A stretch of 64,000 nucleotides of DNA from Alphaproteobacteria bacterium (GTDB taxonomy: Bacteria; Pseudomonadota; Alphaproteobacteria; UBA828): assembly GCA_965221125.1 (NCBI GenBank), contig CBDCRW010000007.1, positions 512,001-576,000 on the forward strand, given 5' to 3'. The translations under genes were made by a program, and so were the position numbers. The notes under the pieces were generated by a model that saw nothing but the letters and a program-made list of their open reading frames with translations, was not told where the DNA came from and searched no databases. This document shows, piece by piece, positions 20,188 through 29,834 of the stretch (positions are counted from its first letter, which is position 1; each line of letters begins with the position of its first letter).

Positions 20188-20700
20188 ATGCGAACCCCTA
20201 AAAAAGTCTCAGCGGCCGTCTTGTCAGCAGCGGCCCTCGGCCTTGCCGTGATGGCATGCCAGCCGCAAGGCATGCCTGCCGCGACCGACGCGACGGAAGC
20301 CGAAGTCGAGACCGCGCCCAGTGCTGAAGCCTCGGCTACCGCCGAATCTGCCGGAGTAATGACCGCAGCCGAGATCGCCGATCTATTCGCCGGAAACACC
20401 ATTATTGGTGTTCTGGACGCGTGGAAACTGCGCTGGGCCGAGTTCTTTTCCCCTGACGGAACCTCGAAGGCATTGCTGAGGTTCGAGGGCCAGGCGGATA
20501 TGCGGATTGTCGGGAAATACTACGCAAACGATCAGGACCAATTCTGTACTTTTTACCCGGAGCTGCCCGATCAGAAAGAGTTCTGCCATGGTGTGGTGCC
20601 GTTGGGTGATGGAACGTACCAGCAGGTCTATGCTGACGGCACAAGAGGCGGAATTTACATGCAAATTCTGGAAGGCGAGCAACTCGAAGCGCTCGAATAA
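20188..20700 (+). CDS. Hypothetical lipoprotein (possibly DUF995-like)
   Basis: Basic N-terminus, hydrophobic stretch and VMAC lipobox-like site, GGAGG RBS. Core MTAAEI..LF.GNT...FFSPDG...C......C. Lower GC. Confidence 0.75.
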   Translation: MRTPKKVSAAVLSAAALGLAVMACQPQGMPAATDATEAEVETAPSAEASATAESAGVMTAAEIADLFAGNTIIGVLDAWKLRWAEFFSPDGTSKALLRFEGQADMRIVGKYYANDQDQFCTFYPELPDQKEFCHGVVPLGDGTYQQVYADGTRGGIYMQILEGEQLEALE

Positions 20701-20756
20701 TCCCTCCACAATTCGCTTGCACGAGCGGATTATGGGCGGAGGCGGAGTATTGTGAG

Positions 20757-20790
20757 GGATTGGGCAGGCTCCAAGGAACCTGCCCAATCC
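20757..20790 (+). terminator. Strong hairpin downstream of the lipoprotein gene
   Basis: GGATTGGGCAGG ... CCTGCCCAATCC 12-bp stem, without a clear U-tract. Confidence 0.45.
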
Positions 20791-21227
20791 GACGGAGTCT
20801 AGGCCGGCCATGCGCTGGATTCGCGATCCGAGTTTTCGGACTGCTGAAACCGGCCGATGAGCTGCTACGCCCTGACCGGCGTCGGATGAGGCACGATCGA
20901 ACCCTTGCCGTTCAATGAGGCCGGAGCACGGGTCGAACGGCGAAGAGGACGTGTTGCCGACACCTGTGCTTCCTGACGGACCCGCCGGTCACGGTACGCG
21001 TTCAGCGTTGGCAGAATGTGCAACCGGCGTGACTGTGGGATTGCTGGGATAGCAAGCACGACCGGCGACACTTGGCACCTGCGGCACCCCCATGCTTCGG
21101 TTGTTTATTGGCGTCTGCCCAATGTTCGGGACGGACGGCACCGGGGTGCGCACGCCGGCACGGCGGCAGCTTCGGCGATTGGAGGCGACCCGTTCGATCT
21201 CGGGACCGTGCGCCAGGGGCAACTGGC

Positions 21228-22883
21228 CTAGTCCAGTTGCGGCCCGGTGGCCCGGCGGGCGTCGGCGAAGGTGTCGGCGAGGCGGTGGGCGGCGCGGTAG
21301 GCCAATGCGGAGATCGTGCTGGTCGGGTTGATGGCGGCGCCGGTCGCCATGACGCTGCCGTCGGTGATGTAGAGGTTGGGGCAGTCCCAGGCCTGGTGCC
21401 ACTTGGTGACGACCGAGTCCTCGGGATCGGCGCCCATGCGCGCGGTGCCGAGCAGGTGCCAGGCGGGGGGCGCGTAGACGCCGCCCGCATCGCGGAAGGG
21501 GTTGACCTTGACGTCCCAGGCGTCCATCGCGTTCGCCAGCTCCACGGCGCGGTCGATGCCGAAGCGGGCGAGGCGGGCATCGTTCTCGCACATGCCGTAA
21601 GCGATGCGGGGCGCCGGCAGCCCCGACGAATCGACCACGCTGTCGGAGAGTGTCACGCGGTTATCAGACCGGGGCAGGTCGTCGCCCACGACGAGGATGC
21701 CGATGCCGTGGCCGAAATGGCGGGCGAACCACGCATGGTGCGCCGCGCCCCAGGGCGCGACGTTGCCGGAGTGCGAACCCAAAGCCTGATAGCCCGCGCC
21801 GTTCTGGCGCACGACGTGGAGCGTGAAGCCGTTGACGAAACCGCGGGCAGTGTCGCTCTCCGCGAACTCCTCGCAGATGGCGATGGCGGAGATCAGGCCC
21901 TTGTGCGATTCGGTCGGCGCATCGACCCAGCACTCCACCATGCCGAGGGTGTGGTGCATGAGGTTGCGGCCCACCTGGTCGGAGCGGTTGGCGAGCCCGT
22001 TCGGATGCGCCGTGCTCTCCGACAGCAGCAGCAGGCGCGGCGTGCCGACGCCGTTGGCGGCGAGGATCACGACGTCCGCGGTCTGGCGGTGGCGCACGCC
22101 GGTGTTGCGCTCGACATAGACGACGCCAGTGGCGCGGCCTGCGGCATCGGTCTCGATGCGCTCGACCCGGCTGTCGGTGCGCAGCTCGACGCCCGCCGCG
22201 AGCGCCTTCGGCCAGTGCGTCACGGCCATGTCGTTGAGCGAGCCGCGCGGGCAGCCGCTCTGGCAGGCGCCGCAGTTGTTGCAGGCGAGGCGGCCGTCGT
22301 AGCCCTCGCCCAGGATGGCGCAGGGCATGGGCCACCAGTGCCAGCCGAGCGCATCGAACCCCCGCGTCACGACCGCGCCCATGGCGCCAGGCGCGCAGGG
22401 GCGGGTCTGGAAGGGGCCGCGCGGCGGCATGGCGGGATCGCCCGCCCAGCCGGAGACGCCGCAGGCCTCGTCCGCCATCTCGAAGTAGGGCGCGAGGTCC
22501 TCGTAGGTGATCGGCCAGTCGGGTGCCAGGCCGTGCTCGGTGCCCTTGCGGAAATCGGACGGGCGGTAGCGCGGCCATGTGGCGGTGTAGATGCCGGTGG
22601 AGCCGCCGACGCCGTTCCACATGAGCGTGGTCTCGTCGGTGCTGTCCACCGGGTAGTCGTGCGGCTGCGCGCGCACGTTGACGGCGATGGACCAGTCGGT
22701 GGCGCGGCGCCATTCCCAGTCGCGGCCGTGATGGGGGCGCTCGCCCGGCGGGAACCATGGGCCCTGCTCCAGGCAGACGACCCTGATGCCCCTCCGCGCT
22801 AGCACCAGGGCCGGAATGACGCCGCCAGGGCCGGAGCCGACGATGACGACGTCGGCGTGGTCGTGGGAGGTGCGCTCTGCCAC
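21228..22883 (-). CDS. GMC-family FAD oxidoreductase
   Basis: GSGPGG, GVGGS, C..CG.C..GC, VGRNLM.H, H.LGTARMG, NPT.TI.ALA. Confidence 0.92.
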   Translation of the reverse strand: MAERTSHDHADVVIVGSGPGGVIPALVLARRGIRVVCLEQGPWFPPGERPHHGRDWEWRRATDWSIAVNVRAQPHDYPVDSTDETTLMWNGVGGSTGIYTATWPRYRPSDFRKGTEHGLAPDWPITYEDLAPYFEMADEACGVSGWAGDPAMPPRGPFQTRPCAPGAMGAVVTRGFDALGWHWWPMPCAILGEGYDGRLACNNCGACQSGCPRGSLNDMAVTHWPKALAAGVELRTDSRVERIETDAAGRATGVVYVERNTGVRHRQTADVVILAANGVGTPRLLLLSESTAHPNGLANRSDQVGRNLMHHTLGMVECWVDAPTESHKGLISAIAICEEFAESDTARGFVNGFTLHVVRQNGAGYQALGSHSGNVAPWGAAHHAWFARHFGHGIGILVVGDDLPRSDNRVTLSDSVVDSSGLPAPRIAYGMCENDARLARFGIDRAVELANAMDAWDVKVNPFRDAGGVYAPPAWHLLGTARMGADPEDSVVTKWHQAWDCPNLYITDGSVMATGAAINPTSTISALAYRAAHRLADTFADARRATGPQLD

Positions 22884-22895
22884 GGCGGACTTGCC

Positions 22896-23975
<1,080 letters not shown>

Positions 23976-23984
23976 GATCCGCCC

Positions 23985-24572
23985 CTAGGTCCCGCCGGCC
24001 GGGCGGCTGCCCGCGCCCCTGGCGATGGCGCCGCGGCCGGTCGCCACCGCGTCGTCCTCCGATACCGTCTCCGGCGCCAGCGGATCGGCCGGCAGCGGCG
24101 CGAGGTCGAGGCGGGCCACGTCCCCCGTCCGCACGTAGTGGCCGCGCCGGTGCGCGGGCGCCTGCAGGGGATCGCCCTCGTCGAAGGGGGCCATGACGTA
24201 GCCCGCGGGCTGCGGCGCGTCGTTGTAGACGTGGCCGAGGGCGCGGACGGCGCGCACCACGGCGGGGCTCTCGTAGTAGGCGAGGTAGGCGATCGTCCGA
24301 AGCGTCTCGAACTGCTCCGGGTGATCCGCCTCGAAGCGGCGGACGACCGCCTGCCGCTCCGCCGCGCTCAAGGGGCCGAGCGGGCCGCCGCACGCCGCGA
24401 GCGCGCGGGCCAGATCGTCCAGCGCGTCCTCGCCCGCCTGCGCCACCAGTCGGTCCGCCACCAGGCCGTGGGTGCCGGCGTCGCTCGCGGGCGGAAAGCG
24501 CCCGTCGCCCGGCAGCAGCACGTCCACCAGCGCCTTGAGCATGGCCGCGATTTCGGCGGGTTCCATCGCCAT
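23985..24572 (-). CDS. Gluconate-2-dehydrogenase subunit 3-like partner of the GMC oxidoreductase
   Basis: LVD.LLP....P.A, L...E...P..F..LR...Y.AYY..P pattern. Inside the GMC operon. Start moved to 24572. Confidence 0.65.
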   Translation of the reverse strand: MAMEPAEIAAMLKALVDVLLPGDGRFPPASDAGTHGLVADRLVAQAGEDALDDLARALAACGGPLGPLSAAERQAVVRRFEADHPEQFETLRTIAYLAYYESPAVVRAVRALGHVYNDAPQPAGYVMAPFDEGDPLQAPAHRRGHYVRTGDVARLDLAPLPADPLAPETVSEDDAVATGRGAIARGAGSRPAGGT

Positions 24573-24574
24573 CG

Positions 24575-25441
24575 CTATCTCGTGCTCCCTGCCGTCAGCC
24601 CGCGGATGAGCCAGCGCTGGAAAAACATCGCCAGCAGGTAGACCGGCACGATGCCGATGAGGGACGCGACCGACATCTGGCCGTAGCGAAGCTGCCGGTC
24701 CCCCTGGTAGAGCGAGAGGCCGACCGGCAGCGTCTGCGTGCTCTCGCTCCGGGTGAGGAACGAGGCCAGCAGGAACTCGTTGTAGGCGAGGATCAGGCAG
24801 ATGATCCCGGTGCTGATGATGCCGGGCATGAGCAGCGGCACGGTGATGCGGAAGAGCACTGAGCCGTAGCCCGCGCCGTCGATGCGGGCTGCGTCCTCCA
24901 GCTCCTCCGGCAGGCGGCGGACGAAGCTCGAGAGCAGCCAGAAGGCGACGGGCAGGTTCATCACGCCGTAGACCAGCGCCAGGCCGAAAAGCGTGTTCAC
25001 CAGCCCGATGGAACGCAGCAGGAAGAAGAGGGGAAAGAGCGCCACGATGGGCGGCGCCACGTATGTGGCCAGGATGAAGGCCGGCAGGAACTTGCCGCCG
25101 ACGCGGTAGCGCACGATGGCGTGGGTCGCGGGCACGGCGATGACGAGGGTCACCAGCGCGCCGAGCGCGGCGGCGACGATGGAGTTGCGCAGGTACGTAC
25201 CGACGGCGACGGAGTTCCACGCATCCGGGTAGTTCTGCCAGAACCACTCCTGCGGGATGAAGCCGCCGCTCGCGATGTCGGGCTGCGTCTTCAGGGAGAC
25301 CATGAACATGAAGATCATGGGGAAGATGAAGAAGAGGACGACCGCCGCGGTCCCCGCCCAGCGCGCGAGCGTCCAGAGGTCGACCGGCGCGTCGGAGAGC
25401 CAGGTGCCGCCGTCGAACTTTCTGACCCGGGTGGCGGTCAC
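24575..25441 (-). CDS. Carbohydrate ABC transporter permease
   Basis: LP.ELEDAARIDGA EAA loop, NS..VA, NEFL.A, TLPVG. Confidence 0.93.
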   Translation of the reverse strand: MTATRVRKFDGGTWLSDAPVDLWTLARWAGTAAVVLFFIFPMIFMFMVSLKTQPDIASGGFIPQEWFWQNYPDAWNSVAVGTYLRNSIVAAALGALVTLVIAVPATHAIVRYRVGGKFLPAFILATYVAPPIVALFPLFFLLRSIGLVNTLFGLALVYGVMNLPVAFWLLSSFVRRLPEELEDAARIDGAGYGSVLFRITVPLLMPGIISTGIICLILAYNEFLLASFLTRSESTQTLPVGLSLYQGDRQLRYGQMSVASLIGIVPVYLLAMFFQRWLIRGLTAGSTR

Positions 25442-26394
25442 GTGAGCCTCTTCTCGGCGACGTCGTGGGCCGTGGTGAAGGGGATGGTGACGAGGCCGAC
25501 CACCACCGCGAACATCAACGTCTGCGCCGCCGCCGCGCCGATGTCGAACTGCTGGATCGCCACCCGGTAGATGTAGAAGCTCGAGACGGTCGTGGCCTGC
25601 CCCGGCCCGCCGCCGGTCAGCACGAAGACGAGGTCGAAGACCTTGAAGGCGATGACGAGCTTGAGCACCGCGATGGCGAGCAGCGCCGGAGCCAGCATGG
25701 GGAGCGTGATGGACCAGAACATGGCAAGCCCCGAGGCGCCGTCGAGCTTGGCCGCCTCGTAGATGTCCTCCGGCAGGGTTTGCAGCGCCGCATAGGTCAT
25801 CAGCGCGATGAAGGGCGTCCACTGCCACACGTCCGCGAGGCACACGAACGGAAACGCCATGGTGGGCGAGCCCAGGAAACTCACGGGCTGGCTGAAGAGC
25901 GCCATGTCCATGAGGAAGCTGTTGAGCCAGCCGCCCTTGGGCATGAGCAGGAGCTGCCACATCACGGCGACGGTGATCGGCGGCGTCATCAGCGGCAGGA
26001 GGATCAGCGTGCGCAGGATCTGCCCGCCCTTCACCGCGCGGTCGAGGAGAAGGGCGACGACGACGCCGAGGACGAACGACGCCGCCGTGGTCATCAGCGC
26101 GAAGATGATGGAGCGGAGCAGGGATTTGGTGAACTTCGCCTGCCCGATGGAGTCCGTGTAGTTGTCTGTGCCCACCCAGCCGCGGAACAGCGTACCTAGG
26201 TTGGAATCGGAGAAGGAGAGGAAGATCAGGTAGATGAGCGGATAGACGGCGAAGACGATCAGGCCGCCGATGAGCGGCATGACCACCGCCCAGCCGATCA
26301 GCCTGCGCCGGTCGAGCGAGAGCAGGCGGTCCCAGCGCCCGGCTGCGTGCGAGCCTTCGAGCGTGCGCTGCGGCGCGGAGTCCAGCTCAGCCAT
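25438..26394 (-). CDS. Carbohydrate ABC transporter permease
   Basis: WQWTPF, YEAAKLDGA, ITLP.L.P, T.GGPG. Confidence 0.95.
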   Translation of the reverse strand: MAELDSAPQRTLEGSHAAGRWDRLLSLDRRRLIGWAVVMPLIGGLIVFAVYPLIYLIFLSFSDSNLGTLFRGWVGTDNYTDSIGQAKFTKSLLRSIIFALMTTAASFVLGVVVALLLDRAVKGGQILRTLILLPLMTPPITVAVMWQLLLMPKGGWLNSFLMDMALFSQPVSFLGSPTMAFPFVCLADVWQWTPFIALMTYAALQTLPEDIYEAAKLDGASGLAMFWSITLPMLAPALLAIAVLKLVIAFKVFDLVFVLTGGGPGQATTVSSFYIYRVAIQQFDIGAAAAQTLMFAVVVGLVTIPFTTAHDVAEKRLT

Positions 26395-26464
26395 GACGGC
26401 AAGGGAGGGCGGCCGCCGCCAGGGTGCCCCCCGTGCGCGCGGCCGCCCGGCCCAAGGCTATGCT

Positions 26465-27796
26465 CTAGCTAAGGATGTCCTCCCAGGAGGCCTGGGCATC
26501 GGCCATGGCCTGCTCGGCGGTCTTGTCGCCGGCCATCATCAGGCCGAGCTCGTCAGTGAGCGACTGCATGAGCTTGGGCGATTCCGGCTTGGTCGGCCAC
26601 GGGAAGGCGTCGTCGATGGCCTGCTCCACGGCGTCCGCTTGCAGCGGCGCGAAGTCGCGGTAGGCCGGCATCGCCGAGCGCCGGGTCGGGTCCACGCCGG
26701 TCGTGTTGTCGGTGAGCACGCGGACATGAAAATCCTTGCTCGACGACATGCGCACGAACTCCCACGCCATCTCGGGATTGTGCGAGCCCGTCGAGACGCC
26801 GAAGGACCAGCCCGCGTTCATCGCCGGCCGGTTGACCGTGTTGCTGCCGGCCACCGGCATGGGCACGACGCCCCACTTGTCGACGATCTGGCTCTGGTTC
26901 GCGTCCTGCGCCCAGGTGCCGAGGTCGGTCCAGAACTCGATCATGGCCGCACCCCCGCTCAGGAACACGGGGATCGAGTTGCCGAACTCGGTCTCGAGCG
27001 GCGTCGGCACCGCAGACGGGCCGGCGTCCAGCATGGTCTGCGCGGCGCCGATGGCGGCATCGCTGGTGAGCGCCGGCGCGCCGTCGGCATCGAGGAAGTC
27101 GCCGCCGTAGCCGCCCAGCCTGTTCGCGTAGGTCGAGCAGAGGATGATCGGGAACTGCTTGCACATGAGCAGCGCGCCGTAGACGCCGTTGGCGGATTCC
27201 GCGTCCGTCACCGCCTTGGCGACCGCGTTGTACTCGTCCCACGTGGCCGGCGGCGCGAGGCCGTTCCGGTCCAGGATCTCCTTGTTGTAGAAGAGGACGT
27301 GCGTGTCGCCGTCGTAGGGCAGGCCGTAGCGGCGCCCGTCCACCAGGGTATACGAGTCGTAGAGCGCGCCCAGGAAGTCGACCGGGTCGATGTCGGCCTC
27401 CTCGGCCGCGATGCGGTCGGTGATGTCGGCGAGCACGCCGTCGCGCACCAGCGCTTCCTTGTCGACGTACCAGTACTGGAAGACGTCGATCTCATTGGTG
27501 CCGGACATCACGTCGAGCGTCGATTGCGCCGTGATCTGGTCGTAGGGGACCTTCACGCCTTCGACCGTGGCGCCGGTGAGCGCGTTGAAGCCCTCCGACA
27601 GCGGCTTGATGGAGCCCGCGTGCGGGTTGATGATCATGAAGCGCAGGGTCTCGCCAGACCAGTCCGACGCCTGAGCGCGCCCCGCGAAGGCGCCCGAGCC
27701 TGCGGCGGTCAGCGCGGCAGCGCCCGCCGCCGAGCCTTTCAGGAACGTCCGCCGCGAGAGCGGGCCGCCGAATCTGAACTTTCCGTGGTCGGTCAT
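26465..27796 (-). CDS. Carbohydrate ABC transporter substrate-binding protein, Tat-exported
   Basis: SRRTFLK signal, YGLP, LFYNKEIL, PP.TWDE. Confidence 0.92.
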   Translation of the reverse strand: MTDHGKFRFGGPLSRRTFLKGSAAGAAALTAAGSGAFAGRAQASDWSGETLRFMIINPHAGSIKPLSEGFNALTGATVEGVKVPYDQITAQSTLDVMSGTNEIDVFQYWYVDKEALVRDGVLADITDRIAAEEADIDPVDFLGALYDSYTLVDGRRYGLPYDGDTHVLFYNKEILDRNGLAPPATWDEYNAVAKAVTDAESANGVYGALLMCKQFPIILCSTYANRLGGYGGDFLDADGAPALTSDAAIGAAQTMLDAGPSAVPTPLETEFGNSIPVFLSGGAAMIEFWTDLGTWAQDANQSQIVDKWGVVPMPVAGSNTVNRPAMNAGWSFGVSTGSHNPEMAWEFVRMSSSKDFHVRVLTDNTTGVDPTRRSAMPAYRDFAPLQADAVEQAIDDAFPWPTKPESPKLMQSLTDELGLMMAGDKTAEQAMADAQASWEDILS

Positions 27797-28089
27797 CGAG
27801 TAATTCCTTCTTTCAGGCTGACTTGAGACACGCCGATTGGCGGCGTGTCGACCTTGCGTCCTGAATAGGGGAAGCGTGCCGTGCCAGCAACTCAAAACGT
27901 CGGGAATCGCTGGCTATGCGCTTGCGGCATATGCGGTTGTGCTCGCTGACCGGCCGGCGGAGCGTCGATGGCTCCTGCCGCGGGCGCTTCCGGGTCATGA
28001 GCCAGTTGGGCTATCCTTACGAGTTGGCGTGCATTTCGCGCCCGATGCCGGCGCGCACGGCGTCGAAATCAGCACCGGGACGGTGATCG

Positions 28090-29700
28090 ATGGGCAAGGC
28101 AGTCGGCGAGGGGGAGCCAGCCGCCGAAGAGGGCGAGAGCGGGCTCGAGGTCGAGCTGACGCTCGGCGGCGATGCCGCGGCCCTCGACCGAGGCTGGCGC
28201 GCGGCGGTGCCCGCAGGCGATGGCGGAACGGCGCGGCGGCTGCGCAGTGCCTACTACGACACGGGCGATTTCCGCCTGCGCCGGCGCGGCTTCACGCTGC
28301 GCGTTCGCGACGACGGGGAACGTCTGGTCCAGACCCTGAAGGCGGATGGCCCCGCCGGCGGCGGCGCCGTGCTCAGGCGCAACGAGTGGTCCCGCCCGGT
28401 CGAGACGCCGGAGCCGAGCCTCCCGGTGGCCTCTGACAAGACTGTCCGCGATGCGGTGGGGCCGCTCAGCCCGGCGGAGCTGGCGCCGGCATTCACCACC
28501 GACGTGATGCGCCGCACCGCGGTGGTGGAGGTTTCGGCGCCGGATCGCGGCAAGGCGCTGGTCGAACTGGCTCTCGACAGCGGCGAGATCAGGGCGCGGA
28601 ACAGGCGCGAGACCGTCTCCGAGCTGGAACTGGAGCTCGTCGAGGGGCCGGCGAGCGCGCTCTACGATCTCGCCATGTCGATGCAGGCCTCCGCGCCGCT
28701 CCAGATTCAGACGGCGAGCAAGGCGAAGCGCGGCTACGTCCTCGCCGGCGGGGAGGGCTATGGCGGCCACAAGGCGCCGGCCCTCGCGCTCGCCCCGGGC
28801 ATCTCGGTGGACGAGGCGCTTGCGAAGATCTTTCGTGTCTGCGCGGATCAGTGCGCAGCGAACCACGATGCGGTGCTGGCCCGCGCCGATCCCGAAGGCG
28901 TGCACCAGTTTCGCGTGGCCCTGCGGCGGATGCGCTCGGCCCTCGTGGTCTTCAAGGCGGTTCTCCCGCAGGGCGACGCCGCCTGGCTGAAGCGGGAAGC
29001 CAGCCGCCTCATCGACCTGCTGGGCCCGGCGCGCGACTGGGACGTGTTCATCACCGAGACGCTGGCGGCCGTCCGTGCGGCCCGGCCCGACGACGAGACG
29101 CTGGAGAGCGTCGCTGCGGCGGCCGAGGAAGAGCGGGCGCGGGCCTACGAGAAGGCGGAGGCGTTGCGCGCGCCCGCGCACACGGCCTTCCTGCTGCGCT
29201 TCGGCCGGTGGATCGAGACGGCGGGCTGGCGCGCGCATGCCGACCGTGCCGCGCTCGACCGGCCGCTCGTGGGCCTCGCGGCGCCCCTGCTCGACAAGCG
29301 GCACAAGCGCGTGCTCAAGCGCGGGCGCGACTTCGAGCAGCTATCCGACGCGCGCCTTCACCAGCTTAGGATCACGCTCAAGAAGCTGCGCTACGCCGGC
29401 GAGTTCTTCGCCGCGCAGTTCCCGGACGGCAAGCCGCGCCCGTACATCAGGGCGCTGCGCCGGCTCCAGGACGATCTCGGCGGGCTCAACGACGCCGCCG
29501 TCGCGGAGCATTGCCTGCGGGAACTCGTCCACGCGCGGCGCGGACGCAGCGACCTCGCGGCGCTCGGCGTGGGCGCCGGGCAGGTGATCGGCTGGCACGT
29601 CCGCGCCTCTGCGGAGGCCCGGCCGCGCATCGACGAGGACTGGCACGCCTTCGCAGCCGCCGCGCCCTATTGGCGCGCCGGCGGCGGCTCGATGGCGTGA
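28090..29700 (+). CDS. CYTH + CHAD domain protein (inorganic triphosphatase-like)
   Basis: EVEL, YYDT....L, LRVR, QTLK, ELELEL, then CHAD motifs VHQFRVALRRMRS, LG.ARDWDV, H.LRI..KKLRY, LQD.LG.LND. Confidence 0.93.
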   Translation: MGKAVGEGEPAAEEGESGLEVELTLGGDAAALDRGWRAAVPAGDGGTARRLRSAYYDTGDFRLRRRGFTLRVRDDGERLVQTLKADGPAGGGAVLRRNEWSRPVETPEPSLPVASDKTVRDAVGPLSPAELAPAFTTDVMRRTAVVEVSAPDRGKALVELALDSGEIRARNRRETVSELELELVEGPASALYDLAMSMQASAPLQIQTASKAKRGYVLAGGEGYGGHKAPALALAPGISVDEALAKIFRVCADQCAANHDAVLARADPEGVHQFRVALRRMRSALVVFKAVLPQGDAAWLKREASRLIDLLGPARDWDVFITETLAAVRAARPDDETLESVAAAAEEERARAYEKAEALRAPAHTAFLLRFGRWIETAGWRAHADRAALDRPLVGLAAPLLDKRHKRVLKRGRDFEQLSDARLHQLRITLKKLRYAGEFFAAQFPDGKPRPYIRALRRLQDDLGGLNDAAVAEHCLRELVHARRGRSDLAALGVGAGQVIGWHVRASAEARPRIDEDWHAFAAAAPYWRAGGGSMA

Positions 29701-29834
29701 ATTTGCCGGAATCCGACAAGAGCACGTCCGATAGAAGCCGAAAGTCTCCCGCTCTCGCGTGATAAGAGGGTGGGGGACGTGTGACGGCCCGGCCGCGACG
29801 CGGTCCCGGCCGCCGCAGGGGAGAGCGTGCCGCC

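Noticed and set aside
27870-27890. Sigma54 promoter upstream of the sugar-binding protein gene
   Set aside because: TGGCAC is present on the minus strand, but the -12 TTGC is not at the required spacing.
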